A stretch of DNA of 64,000 nt from an uncultured beta proteobacterium. GTDB taxonomy: Bacteria; Pseudomonadota; Gammaproteobacteria; Burkholderiales; SG8-39. The notes beneath the pieces are model-generated. The model was not told the origin of the DNA. It made no database searches and saw only the letters and a list, made by a program, of their open reading frames with translations. The stretch covers positions 16,417 to 80,416 of the forward strand of contig CAVOUJ010000018.1 in NCBI GenBank assembly GCA_963699535.1. Direction: 5' to 3'. Below are positions 30,696 through 40,446 of the stretch, piece by piece (the stretch's first letter is position 1; every line of letters starts with the position of its first letter). The translations under genes were made by a program, and so were the position numbers.

Positions 30696-31493
30696 TTATT
30701 GCTCCTGCCTGAAGATGATGTCGCCGTACTGGGTGCGGGTGTTCTCGTTCAAATGGTCGGCGTCGGTCATCACCCCCACTGCGACGATGTCCCAGGGCTC
30801 TTCGCCGAAGGCCCGCCGGTAGTCCTCGAGAACGTTGCGACGGAACCCGCGCCACTCCCCGGCGCGCCCGCCGCTGTCAACGACGATCATCTGGATCTTG
30901 CCGGTGTAGCCGCTGGGTGCAATGGTCTCGACGGGCGCGTCGCTCGCCCAGACGTACATGAGCATGGCGTAGGGCAGCTTCTCGCCGGTGAACGCCTGGT
31001 ACAGCCGCACCGTCGTGCGCTCCTCGATGTCGAGCCGCTTCACGTCCCCGTGAAAGCAGATGACGATGCGCGCCGGCGAGTCGTCGCGCGCATGAATGCG
31101 GGGGTCTGCCCCGGCGAGCGGCTCCATGACGCGCCAGCGCCATTCGACGATCGGATGGCGCGCCGGATCGATGCGGATGCGCCGGTACAAGCCCGATGCC
31201 GAATCCTCGGCGTGCGCTTCCAGCACCATGCTCGGGTTGCTCTCGGCCAGCGCGTACTCGGTGCGCCCCACGAAAGGCGAGACGACAAAGGGGGTCCAGC
31301 CGGGCGGGACCTCGCCCGCGCGGCCCTCGGAGAAGCGCGACACCTCGACCTGAGGCCCGGTCTCGCGCTCGAGCTCGGCGACGATCTCGCTCGAGACGAG
31401 CAGCTCGTCGCCCGGGACGGTCGCGCAAGCAGCCAGCGCCGCGCCGCACACGAGCGCTGCCGCTCTACGGATGAGTCTTGCCTGGAGGGTCAT
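30696..31493 (-). CDS. DUF3047 family lipoprotein (copy 2)
   Basis: Paralog of 27403-28203 with shared YRRIRIDPARHP and RNVLEDYR.AFGEEPWDIV. Confidence 0.8.
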   Translation of the reverse strand: MTLQARLIRRAAALVCGAALAACATVPGDELLVSSEIVAELERETGPQVEVSRFSEGRAGEVPPGWTPFVVSPFVGRTEYALAESNPSMVLEAHAEDSASGLYRRIRIDPARHPIVEWRWRVMEPLAGADPRIHARDDSPARIVICFHGDVKRLDIEERTTVRLYQAFTGEKLPYAMLMYVWASDAPVETIAPSGYTGKIQMIVVDSGGRAGEWRGFRRNVLEDYRRAFGEEPWDIVAVGVMTDADHLNENTRTQYGDIIFRQEQ

Positions 31494-31601
31494 CTGTCGG
31501 GATAGGGAGTGTACTATCGCCCTCTCTATGAGCGCCAATCCCGGCCCAAGGTTCAAAAAGCGCCCCGACTGCGCCGAATGGGTCGACTTCTTCAGCGCGG
31601 T

Positions 31602-32886
31602 CTAGCCGTCGCGCGCGAGGCGTAGCCCCGAGAACTGCCAGCGCGCCTCCGGCGGGAAGAAGTTGCGGTAGGTCGCGCGGATATGGCTCGCGGGTGTGGC
31701 GCAGGATCCGCCGCGCAGTACGTGCTGGCCCGACATGAACTTCCCGTTGTACTCGCCTACCGCGCCCGCCGCGGGCCGGAATCCCGGGTAGGGAGCGTAG
31801 TCGCTGCGCGTCCATTCCCACACGTCCCCGAAGATCTGCGCGGGCGTGCCGTCGCCCGGCGCCTCACGCAGCGCGAGCGGATGCAGCGCGCCGGTCTCGA
31901 GGAAATTGCCCGTGAGGGCGGCGCCGCGCGCCGCCACTTCCCACTCGGCTTCCGTCGGCAGCCGCCCTTTGGCCCAGCGCGCGAACGCGTCCGCCTCATA
32001 GAAGCTCACGTGGCAGACGGGCGTGTGGGGATCGATCGGCACTTCGCCGTGCAGGGTGAACGCGTGCCAGCCCTCGTCGCGGCGCTCCCAGTACAGGGGC
32101 GAACGCCAGCCGCGCGAAACTACGAGGTCCCAGCCGGCGGAGAGCCACAGTTCGGGCCGGCGGTAACCGCCGTCCTCGATGAACTCGGCGAAGTCGCCGT
32201 TCGTGACCGGATGCGTGGCGATAAGGAAGGGGTCGAGCCAGACACGGTGGCGCGGCGTCTCGTTGTCGAACGAGAATCCCGAGCCGGCGTGCCCGATCTC
32301 GTAGAGCCCGGCGGCCACTGAGACCCAGCCGCGCTTGCGCGCGGTGATCGGCGTGAGCGGCCACTGCTTCTGGTACGCGGGCTTCGCGGGATTGCGCGAA
32401 AGCAGGTGCTTCACGTCGGTGAGGATCAGCTCCTGGTGCTGCTGCTCGTGGTGCAGCCCCAGCTCGATCAGGTCGCCGGCCTCCGCGGGCAAGCGCTCCT
32501 GAGGCGAGCAGCTCGAGCAGCGCCGCGTCGACGTGACGGCGATAGGCAAGGATCTCTTCGAGGCTCGGGCGCTGGAGAGCATGCCGCGCTCCGGCCGCGG
32601 GTGTCTGTCGCCGACCGCGTTGTAGTAGGAGTTGAACAGCACGCGGTACGCCGGATCGAAAGGCCGGTAGCCCGGGCTGCGCTTCGAGGACGAAGGTCTC
32701 GAAGAACCAGGTGGTGTGCGCGAGATGCCACTTAACCGGGCTCGCGTCGGGCATCGACTGGATCGCGCAGTCCTCCGCGGAAAGAGGTGCGGCGAGCGCA
32801 ACGCTGGCGGCGCGCGTCGCGGCGTATCTCTCGCCGCGACCGTCGCGCTGCGACGGCTTCGGATCGGGAATCGGCTTCACGGGCAC
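31602..32886 (-). CDS. egtB: Ergothioneine sulfoxide synthase EgtB (frameshifted)
   Basis: QSMPDASPVKWHLAHTTWFFETF, FNSYY, GLHHEQQHQEL, FGE-sulfatase domain, EYNGKFM, RATYRNFF. Confidence 0.85.
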
Positions 32887-32960
32887 CTCCTCGTATCCTC
32901 GGACTGGTCCCAGGAACGGTAGCATAATCCTCTTTCCAACCGGACCCTGAGGAGGATCAC

Positions 32961-33365
32961 ATGACCAACCCGGAGCTTGCCGGCGTCGCGGCCCTGCTGC
33001 TGCGCGTGTCGCTGGGAATAATGTTCTTCGCGCACGCCTGGGTGAAGATCAAGGTGTTCACCCCCGCCGGAACGGCGAAGTACTTCGAGTCGCTCGGCAT
33101 TCCCGGATGGATCGCCTACGCGACGATCGCGGCCGAGATCGCCGGCGGCGCGCTCCTCATCCTCGGCATCGGCACGCGCTGGGTAGCGCTACTGCTCGTG
33201 CCGCTGATCCTTGGTACCATCGTCCTCGTGCACGGCAAGGCGGGGTGGCTGTTTACCAACAAGGACGGCGGCTGGGAGTATCCGGCCTTCTGGGCGGTAG
33301 GGCTGCTCGCGCTCGCCGCGCTCGGGGACGGTTCGGCGGCGCTCGGACCCATGATGGGGCTCTGA
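32961..33365 (+). CDS. DoxX family membrane protein
   Basis: LLRVSLG..FFAH, AEIAGG, GGWEYP. Confidence 0.88.
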   Translation: MTNPELAGVAALLLRVSLGIMFFAHAWVKIKVFTPAGTAKYFESLGIPGWIAYATIAAEIAGGALLILGIGTRWVALLLVPLILGTIVLVHGKAGWLFTNKDGGWEYPAFWAVGLLALAALGDGSAALGPMMGL

Positions 33366-33385
33366 GGCCGGGACTCGCGGGCCGC

Positions 33386-34129
33386 CTACGCGGTGGTCAT
33401 CACTACCGGCGCGTGGTCGCTCGTTCCGAAGCCGGCGAGCACCGTGCAGCCCGCGGCGCGCGCCGCGATCGCGGGTGAAGCGAGAATGTAATCTAGCCTC
33501 CAGCCGATGTTGCGCTGGCGCAGGTTGCGCCACGGCGCCCACCAGGTGAAGAGGTTCGGGTTGTCGGGGTCCATCGTGCGGCCGACGTCCACGAGGTGCC
33601 CGCCGAGGAGCTTGTCGAGAAGTTCGCGCTCCTCTTCCCGCTGCCCGATCATTCCAGGCTTGCGCTCGTTCGGATGCACGTCCATGTCGGTGCGGGTGAT
33701 GTTCATGTCGCCGCAGAGGATGAGCTCGCGCCCTTCGCGCTGCAACTGCTTCACCCAGGCCGCGAGCTTCACCACGAAGCCGAGCTTCGCCTCATAGTCC
33801 TTGCCCCCGTTCGGCACGTACACCGAAGCGAGCGCGAGGTTGCCGAGGTCGGCCTGCACGATGCGCGACTCCATGTCGAATTCGGGGTGGCTGAACGCAG
33901 GCTCGTCGTCGAACAGGCCTTTCCTGATATGCAGGGATACTCCGGAGTAGGCGCGCAGGCCATGCCAGTACGCGTGGTAGTCCTCGAACTTGACCTGATC
34001 GGGAATCTGCGCGGCCTCTGCCTTCAGCTCCTGAAGGCAGACGACGTCCGGACGATCGCGCTCGATCCACTCGCGCACCTGTGCCTGGCGCGCGCGGATC
34101 CCGTTGACGTTCCAGGTAGCGATTTTCAC
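33386..34129 (-). CDS. xth: Exodeoxyribonuclease III
   Basis: KIATWNVNGIRAR, LQELK, SVYVPNG, GDMN, GWRLDY, SDHAP. Confidence 0.92.
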   Translation of the reverse strand: MKIATWNVNGIRARQAQVREWIERDRPDVVCLQELKAEAAQIPDQVKFEDYHAYWHGLRAYSGVSLHIRKGLFDDEPAFSHPEFDMESRIVQADLGNLALASVYVPNGGKDYEAKLGFVVKLAAWVKQLQREGRELILCGDMNITRTDMDVHPNERKPGMIGQREEERELLDKLLGGHLVDVGRTMDPDNPNLFTWWAPWRNLRQRNIGWRLDYILASPAIAARAAGCTVLAGFGTSDHAPVVMTTA

Positions 34130-34201
34130 AGCAGGGAATCCTAACCCGCCCCAGCCCAATCCGGCTATCATCGCGGCTTTCGCGCAAGCAGATCCCAGCT
34201 C

Positions 34202-35191
34202 ATGTCGAAGCTCAGTCTTTCCATCGCGACGACCGACTACGACCACTTTCGCGACTTCAGGATGGGTCTGGTCAGGCCTGAGGGCATCGACTACAACTGG
34301 CTCGACCTTCCTCACCACGAGTGCTTTGCGCGCTTCACCGCGAATCGCGAGTTCGATCTTTCTGAGCTTTCTTTCGCGAAGTTTTCGGCGGAGGTCACGC
34401 GCGAGGGGAGCGACATCACCGGGCTTCCCGTGGTGTGTTCGCGGCTCTTCCGCTTCGGATCCTTCTATGTCAACCGGAAGAGCAGGATCAAATCGGTGGA
34501 AGACCTCAAGGGGAGGAAAGTCGGCTCTCCAGAATGGGCGCATTCCGCCGCGGTGTACATGCGCGGCTGGATGCACAACGAAATGGGCGTGAAGCTCGAA
34601 GAGGTTCACTGGGTCCAGGCGGGGGCGAACACGCCCGGGCGCGAGGAGAAAGTCGAGCTCAATCTTCCCAAGGGCGTGCGGCTCACGCGCATCGCCGACA
34701 AGTCCCTCTCCGAGCTGCTCGCCGCGGGCGAGATCGACTGCGCCATCATCGCCCGGCCGCCGGACTGCTTTCTCGCGGGCCACCCCGACGTTTCGCGCCT
34801 CTTTCCGGATTATCTGAAGATGGAAGAGGCGTACTACGAGCACACTCGCGTGTGGCCGATCATGCACATCATTGCGATGAAGAAACGCATCGTGGACGAA
34901 CATCCCTGGGCCGCGCGCAACCTCTACAACGCATTCCAGGAATCGAAGCGCCGCAGTATCGCGCGCCTTCTCGACCCGGCCGTGTCGCGCTACCCGCTGC
35001 CGTGGCTCGCCACCTACGCGCGCAGCATGGTCGAGCGCTTCGGCGGCGATCCCTTTCCCTACGGAATCGAGGAGAATCGCCCGACCTGGGAGCAGATGGC
35101 GCTGTACACGTATCAGCAGGGCATCGCGCGCCGCCGCTACACGCCAGAGGAGATCTTCCCCCCGGGCATCGCAACCCGGGTCGTGATCTGA
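34202..35191 (+). CDS. 4,5-dihydroxyphthalate decarboxylase-like protein
   Basis: LSIATTDYDH, FDLSELS, WPIMHII, FPYGIEENR. Confidence 0.75.
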   Translation: MSKLSLSIATTDYDHFRDFRMGLVRPEGIDYNWLDLPHHECFARFTANREFDLSELSFAKFSAEVTREGSDITGLPVVCSRLFRFGSFYVNRKSRIKSVEDLKGRKVGSPEWAHSAAVYMRGWMHNEMGVKLEEVHWVQAGANTPGREEKVELNLPKGVRLTRIADKSLSELLAAGEIDCAIIARPPDCFLAGHPDVSRLFPDYLKMEEAYYEHTRVWPIMHIIAMKKRIVDEHPWAARNLYNAFQESKRRSIARLLDPAVSRYPLPWLATYARSMVERFGGDPFPYGIEENRPTWEQMALYTYQQGIARRRYTPEEIFPPGIATRVVI

Positions 35192-35199
35192 GCGGCGGC

Positions 35200-36471
35200 C
35201 TACTCGACGACGCGCAGCCTGGAACGCGATGCCTTGGCTCGATCGAGAAGGAGCTTGCGCTCGCGCGAGTTGCGCGTGAGGGAAGCCGCCCGCTCGAACT
35301 CTGCACGCGCTTCGTCCATGCGACCGAGCTTAACGAGCAGGTCGCCGCGCACCGCAGGGAGCAGGTGGTAACCCTTGAGCAACGGCTCGGAGATCAAGGT
35401 GTCGGCGAGCGCAAGCCCCTCCGCCGGGCCGAAAGCCATCGAGACCGCGACGGCCCGGTTCAGCTCGACGACGGGCGACGGCGCGATCTGGGCGAGCGCG
35501 TCGTAGAGCGCCGAAATCCGGACCCAGTCGGTCTCTGCCGCCGTGAGCGCCCGCGCGTGACAGGCGGCGATCGAGGCCTGGAGCGTGTAGGGGCCGAGCG
35601 TTCCGCTCAGAGCCTGTGCGCGCGCCAGGGCGGCGAGGCCGCGGCGGATGAGCAGGTGATCCCAGCGCGCCCGGTCCTGATCGGGCAGGAGCACGGGCTC
35701 CCCCGACGGGCCGGTTCGCGCCGGTGCTCGCGATGCCTGGATCTCCATCAGCGCGATAAGCCCGTGGACCTCCGGCTCCCCGGGAAGGAGCCCGGCAAGG
35801 ATGCGCCCGAGGCGCATGGCGTCCTCGCACAGCGCAGGCTGCATCCAGTCGTCGCCCGCGGTCGCCGAGTAGCCTTCGTTGAAGACCAGGTAGAGGACTT
35901 CGAGCACCGACGCGAGGCGCGCGGGCAGCTCGCCGGCGCGGGGGACCTCGAAGGGAACGCGCGCCTCGGCGAGCGTCCTCTTCGCCCGGACGATGCGCTG
36001 CGCGATCGTCGTCTCCGGGACGAGAAAGGCCCGCGCGATCTCTTCGGTAGTCAGGCCTCCGAGCACTCGCAGCGTGAGCGCGGCGCGCGCCTCGGTCGAG
36101 AGCACGGGATGGCAGGCCGTGAACATGAGGCGTAGAAGATCGTCGCCGATGTCGTCGTCGACCGCCGCCTCGAAGTCGGTAATGACCGATTCTTCCAGCT
36201 CGCGGCTCAGCTCCTGGTGCTTGCGCTCGAGGAGCTTGTTCCGCCGGAAATGATCCAGGGCCCGGTTCTTCGCGGTCGCCATGAGCCATGCGCCGGGCTT
36301 GTCCGGAACGCCCGCCCTAGGCCAGGTTTCGAGCGCGGCGACCAGCGCGTCGTGCGCCAGTTCCTGCGCAAGACCGACGTCCCGGACCATCCGCGCGAGA
36401 CCCGCGATGATCTTCGCCGACTCGATTCTCCAGACCGCGTCGATCGCCCTGTATGTATCTGAAGCCGTCAC
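35200..36471 (-). CDS. ECF42-type RNA polymerase sigma factor with C-terminal TPR/DUF6596 extension
   Basis: DALVAALETWP, DDLLRLMFTACHP, YLVFNEGY, DQDRARWD, SPVVELNRAVA; associated with DGPF genes. Confidence 0.88.
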   Translation of the reverse strand: MTASDTYRAIDAVWRIESAKIIAGLARMVRDVGLAQELAHDALVAALETWPRAGVPDKPGAWLMATAKNRALDHFRRNKLLERKHQELSRELEESVITDFEAAVDDDIGDDLLRLMFTACHPVLSTEARAALTLRVLGGLTTEEIARAFLVPETTIAQRIVRAKRTLAEARVPFEVPRAGELPARLASVLEVLYLVFNEGYSATAGDDWMQPALCEDAMRLGRILAGLLPGEPEVHGLIALMEIQASRAPARTGPSGEPVLLPDQDRARWDHLLIRRGLAALARAQALSGTLGPYTLQASIAACHARALTAAETDWVRISALYDALAQIAPSPVVELNRAVAVSMAFGPAEGLALADTLISEPLLKGYHLLPAVRGDLLVKLGRMDEARAEFERAASLTRNSRERKLLLDRAKASRSRLRVVE

Positions 36472-36497
36472 GGCGGAGTTCCCGATCCGCGCACCGC

Positions 36498-37025
36498 TTA
36501 CTTCTCGGCTACAGCCTTGAGACTGGCGAGACCGGCCTCGAAATCCTTGCCGATCATGCTGTCCATGCTGCAGAAGATTCCGATGAGCTTGGAGATGTAG
36601 GGGCTCGGGCCGTATAGGGCCCAGGTGACGTTGGTCGTGTCGCCTTTGGGCTGCAGCGTGAAATCGACGGAGTTTCGAGCCTCGAAGGGTTTCACGAACT
36701 CCAGCTTGATCGAAACCTTGGAGGGCGGGACGGATTCGGTGATCTCCATGCGCCCCTGGCCGACGTCCTTGTTGCCCTCCCACGAGTACGAAGCGCCTTT
36801 GCCGCTCGTCGCGTCGCCCCAGGACCGCCTCATCGCCGGGTCCTTCTTCTCCCAGGGCGACCAGGAGTCCCAGCGCTTGAAGTCGTTCAGCAGCGCGAAG
36901 ACTTTCTCCGGCGGCGCCTTGATGCCGGCCGAGCGCTCGACGCGGAACGTGTCGGGACGGGTCGCGGCGTAGACGAGAATGGCGGCGATCAGGACGACGA
37001 CTGCGATAATGATCTTCTTCAGCAT
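36498..37025 (-). CDS. SRPBCC/polyketide cyclase family protein
   Basis: N-terminal TM, WDSWSPW, KDFEAGLASLK. Confidence 0.82.
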   Translation of the reverse strand: MLKKIIIAVVVLIAAILVYAATRPDTFRVERSAGIKAPPEKVFALLNDFKRWDSWSPWEKKDPAMRRSWGDATSGKGASYSWEGNKDVGQGRMEITESVPPSKVSIKLEFVKPFEARNSVDFTLQPKGDTTNVTWALYGPSPYISKLIGIFCSMDSMIGKDFEAGLASLKAVAEK

Positions 37026-37041
37026 GGCCTTCTCCTTGTTC

Positions 37042-37401
37042 CTAGGCTTCCACCATGACCTTGAAGCCGCCGTAGATCATGCGCTTCGCGTCGAAGGGCA
37101 TGGACGAAACGTCTCCCATGCCCGCGATGCGCGGGTCCTTCATCACCCTGGCGTTGACGCGGTCGCGGTCCTTGCGCGACTTGAACACGATGAACGAGAA
37201 CCACACGACCTCTCCGCTCTTGAGCTTGACGCTCTGCGGGAACGAGGTGCGCTTGCCCGGCTTCACGTCATCAGCCATGCATTCCCGGAACTCGAGTGCG
37301 CCGTGCTCGCGCCAGATCTTGCCGGCCTTGCGCGCCAGGCGGCGATAGGCCTCGGCTTTCTTCTTGGGAACGGGAAGAACGAATCCATCGACGTAGCTCA
37401 T
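37042..37401 (-). CDS. DUF1428 family protein
   Basis: MSYVDGFVLPVP, HGALE, MPFDAKRMIYGGF. Confidence 0.88.
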   Translation of the reverse strand: MSYVDGFVLPVPKKKAEAYRRLARKAGKIWREHGALEFRECMADDVKPGKRTSFPQSVKLKSGEVVWFSFIVFKSRKDRDRVNARVMKDPRIAGMGDVSSMPFDAKRMIYGGFKVMVEA

Positions 37402-37441
37402 GTGACTCTCCTCATGCTCTCTTTGGGAATGGCGAAACGGT

Positions 37442-37882
37442 TCATGGTTTGGTTTCTCGCATGCGGTGCAGAACTCCGCCGAGCCAGGCGCAGGGCAGAG
37501 CGGTGAGCACGAGCGCGATCGGATACCAGCTCGGGCCCAGATCCATCGGTATCGTGGCGATCGCACCGGCCAGGCTGAGCACAGTGCCTATCGCACCCAA
37601 GACCAGGGCGTGACGCATCGGATTGCGGGGCGCGAACCATGCGGCAATGTAGCTCCCCAGGACGGCGTATACGGTGCGATACGCCAGCGCGAGAAGAAGC
37701 AGGCCCGTGTCATGCATCGGCTCGCCCCAGGGCGGATAGACCTCGAGCGCGTGCAGCAGCTGATCGGTGCCGAGTGAAAGAACGACGACGGCGAAGAACC
37801 CCAGAAGCACCGCGCCCGTGCTTCGCCACAGGCGACCCGACGGAATCGAAAGTCCTTCTCCGGCTGCGTTATCGCCGCTCAT
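37442..37882 (-). CDS. Hypothetical 4-TM membrane protein
   Basis: Four hydrophobic segments, GPSWYP motif, in operon. Confidence 0.7.
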   Translation of the reverse strand: MSGDNAAGEGLSIPSGRLWRSTGAVLLGFFAVVVLSLGTDQLLHALEVYPPWGEPMHDTGLLLLALAYRTVYAVLGSYIAAWFAPRNPMRHALVLGAIGTVLSLAGAIATIPMDLGPSWYPIALVLTALPCAWLGGVLHRMRETKP

Positions 37883-38237
37883 GGGCTTCCTTCCGACCTT
37901 TGACCGTTTCCCGGATCGGCCGGATCGGCCGCACTTCGACGCTGCCCACCCGCGCGGGCGGGATCTTGGCGGCGAGAGCGGCCGCTTCGTCGAGGTCCCT
38001 GGCCTCGATGAGGTAGAACCCGGCGAGCTGCTCCTTGGTTTCGGCGAAAGGCCCGTCGGTGATGGATACCTTGCCGTTCCGGACCCGTACGGTCGCCGCC
38101 GTCTTCACCGACTCGAGAGCTTCCGAGGCGCTGCAGTGGCCGCTCTTGCGGATCTCGGTGTCGAAATCCACGCAATCTTCGTCGGGCAGCTCGGCCAGAC
38201 GATTCTCGTCAAGATAAACCAGGCAAAGGTACTTCAT
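37869..38237 (-). CDS. YciI/DGPF family protein
   Basis: DGPFAETKEQLAGFY, VEVRP. Confidence 0.9.
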   Translation of the reverse strand: MKYLCLVYLDENRLAELPDEDCVDFDTEIRKSGHCSASEALESVKTAATVRVRNGKVSITDGPFAETKEQLAGFYLIEARDLDEAAALAAKIPPARVGSVEVRPIRPIRETVKGRKEAHERR

Positions 38238-38276
38238 GTTCGCTCCGGATTCTGAACAACGGTCTTTTCGCTAGCG

Positions 38277-38711
38277 TTACGTCGGCCTACTTCGTTGCGA
38301 TGAACCCGAGCGCGCGCCTTCGCTCGAGGTCCCTCTCCTCCCCCTTGCAGCCGCCTTCGCCGAGTTCTGTTTCACTCTCAGCTTCACGATTCTTTCGATC
38401 AGGCCGTAGGGGATGGGCCGATCGAGCGGAAACCTCAAGTTGCCTTTCTCACCCGCATAGGCCGAAACCGCCCTTTCCAGGGTCGCATCGCCCTTCACCG
38501 GCGGATAGAACCCGATGTGCTCCTTGAAGGCGGCGAAGTACACCAGGGCGCCGTTCAGAGTGAAAGTCGGAATTCCATAGCTGATGGTCTCCTGCGCGCG
38601 GGGCGCCGCCTTGCTAATCGTCGACCTTATCCTTTCGAGAATCGCCCGGATCTCGGGCGAAAACGCTGTGATGTACTCGTCGATGCTCCGTGGCGATTTG
38701 CGCGTTGCCAT
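38277..38711 (-). CDS. DUF1801 (YdhG-like) protein
   Basis: SIDEYI, ETISYGIPTF, HIGFYP, LDRPIPY. Confidence 0.85.
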   Translation of the reverse strand: MATRKSPRSIDEYITAFSPEIRAILERIRSTISKAAPRAQETISYGIPTFTLNGALVYFAAFKEHIGFYPPVKGDATLERAVSAYAGEKGNLRFPLDRPIPYGLIERIVKLRVKQNSAKAAARGRRGTSSEGARSGSSQRSRPT

Positions 38712-38727
38712 GATGGTCTCTTGCCGG

Positions 38728-39144
38728 CTATTTCTTCTTTCCGATCTCCATCTCGCGGAAGCGATCGACCGCCTCACTCGGTCCGAAATCCTCCAGCTCG
38801 AAGAGCTGCCGGACCTCGATCTCGCACTCCTTCCCATCACCTGAGGGACTGGGAAAACGCCTCGCCCATTCCATCGCTTCTTCCCTCGACTTCACCTGGA
38901 TGAGCGTGTAACCGGCGATCAGTTCCTTGGTCTCGGCAAAGGGGCCGTCGATCACATTGCGCTTTCCCCCCGAGTACCGGACGCGCCAGCCCTTGGAGCT
39001 CGGCTTGAGCCCCGAGGCGTCCAGCAGCACCCCGGCTTTCTGCAATTCCTCGTGGTACTTCTGCATCTCCGACATGAGCTTCTCGGAGGGCAGGAGGCCG
39101 GCTTCCGAGTCCTTCGTGGCCTTGACTATCATCATGAATCGCAT
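38728..39144 (-). CDS. YciI/DGPF family protein
   Basis: MRFMMIVKAT, DGPFAETKELIAGY. Confidence 0.9.
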   Translation of the reverse strand: MRFMMIVKATKDSEAGLLPSEKLMSEMQKYHEELQKAGVLLDASGLKPSSKGWRVRYSGGKRNVIDGPFAETKELIAGYTLIQVKSREEAMEWARRFPSPSGDGKECEIEVRQLFELEDFGPSEAVDRFREMEIGKKK

Positions 39145-39218
39145 CGTCAATCCTCCATTGGCTCCGGTTTGGGCGTCGCCCTCCAGACGGTTTCGGCCGG
39201 AGCGAAGGCGCCTACTGT

Positions 39219-39247
39219 ACGACGAACGAGGCCGGTCGAAATCGACG
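39219..39247 (-). promoter_or_regulatory. ECF42-type promoter
   Basis: Minus strand cGTCGATTTCG-N7-TCGTTCGTCGT upstream of a DGPF gene. Confidence 0.75.
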
Positions 39248-39291
39248 CTCCGGCAAGTCTGCCCTGCCGGCCGAGGGCAGCCGAGGCGACT

Positions 39292-39720
39292 TCAGTTCTT
39301 CTTCGCCGCGACCTGCGCGCGCACGCGCTCCTCCTGCTCCCTCAGCTCGGGAGTGAACTCCGCGCCGAAGTCCTCCGCCTCGAACACCTGGCGGATCTCG
39401 ATCTCGGAATCCCCCGGCATCGGATTGGGGCAGCGCTTGACCCATTCGATCGCCTCTTCCTTCGACTTCACCTGCCAAATCCAGTAGCCGGCGATCAGCT
39501 CCTTGGTCTCGGCGAAGGGCCCGTCGATAACGGTGCGCTTGGCTCCCGAGAACCTGATGCGCGCGCCCCTCGAACTCGGGTGGAGCCCCTCGCCCTCGAG
39601 CATTACGCCGGCTTTCGCCAGCTCCTCGTTGTACTTCCCCATCGCGGCGAGGAGCTTCTCATCCGGCATCACGCCCGCCTCCGAGTCCTGGGTTGCCTTG
39701 ACTATGATCATGAATCGCAT
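39292..39720 (-). CDS. YciI/DGPF family protein
   Basis: MRFMIIVKAT, DGPFAETKELIAGY, EIEIRQVFE. Confidence 0.9.
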   Translation of the reverse strand: MRFMIIVKATQDSEAGVMPDEKLLAAMGKYNEELAKAGVMLEGEGLHPSSRGARIRFSGAKRTVIDGPFAETKELIAGYWIWQVKSKEEAIEWVKRCPNPMPGDSEIEIRQVFEAEDFGAEFTPELREQEERVRAQVAAKKN

Positions 39721-39788
39721 CGTCTTCTCCTATTAGTCGGGAGCGGGGCCTCCGGATGGTCCTGGCCGGACAACCTGGCTCTACTTGC

Positions 39789-39817
39789 ACGACGAACGAC
39801 AGGCAGCGAAATCGACA
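39789..39817 (-). promoter_or_regulatory. ECF42-type promoter
   Basis: Minus strand TGTCGATTTCG-N7-TCGTTCGTCGT; matches the TGTCGA/-CGTC ECF42 consensus. Confidence 0.8.
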
Positions 39818-39873
39818 GGTACAGTAGCTTTTCTTTTTGAAGTACTCGTCAAGTGTCGGCAGCGCTAGCCGGC

Positions 39874-40446
39874 TCACTCGGGCCTGAGCGCCTCGACCTG
39901 GATGCGCAGCGTGACGTCCGGCTTGAAGCCGTACTGCTCCCCATAGTCGATGCCGAAATCGCTTCGCTTGAAGGTGCCGAAGGCGTCGGCACCGCAAAGC
40001 TCGCGCTTGAAGAGAGGATGGGGGATGCACTTGAACAGATTGATCTTCAGAGCGACCGGCCTGGTCACACCGTGCAGGGTCAGCTCCCCGGTCAGCGTGG
40101 TGGGCGCCCCGTTGACGAAACGACCCAGCTTCCCTCTATAGGTAATCATCGGATACTTGGCAGCGTCCAGCTGGTCCGGACCCGCCACGTATTCGCTCAC
40201 CTTGGCGTGGCCGAAGTCGATGCTGGCCGTCTCGATCGCGACCTCCACTGTTCCGGTTCCGGCGACTTTATCCATGGTCACCTTGCCCGTGGTCTTGTTG
40301 AACTTGCCGCGCCAGATCGACAGGCCCATGTGGTCGGCCTCGAAGCTGGGATAGGTGTGCTCGGGATCGATGTTGTACGTGACCGGCGCGGCCGAAGCGG
40401 CGCCGCAGAGGGCGAGGCCGAGGGAAATCAGAAGGGCGTTCTTCAT
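39874..40446 (-). CDS. YceI family periplasmic protein
   Basis: Signal peptide, YNIDPEHT, GELTLHGVTRPV, KRSDFG. Confidence 0.88.
   Translation of the reverse strand: MKNALLISLGLALCGAASAAPVTYNIDPEHTYPSFEADHMGLSIWRGKFNKTTGKVTMDKVAGTGTVEVAIETASIDFGHAKVSEYVAGPDQLDAAKYPMITYRGKLGRFVNGAPTTLTGELTLHGVTRPVALKINLFKCIPHPLFKRELCGADAFGTFKRSDFGIDYGEQYGFKPDVTLRIQVEALRPE

Noticed and set aside
33386-36783. Long ORF extensions on xth (505 aa) and the ECF sigma (527 aa)
   Set aside because: The extensions are antisense or shadow frames of neighbouring genes, common in high-GC DNA
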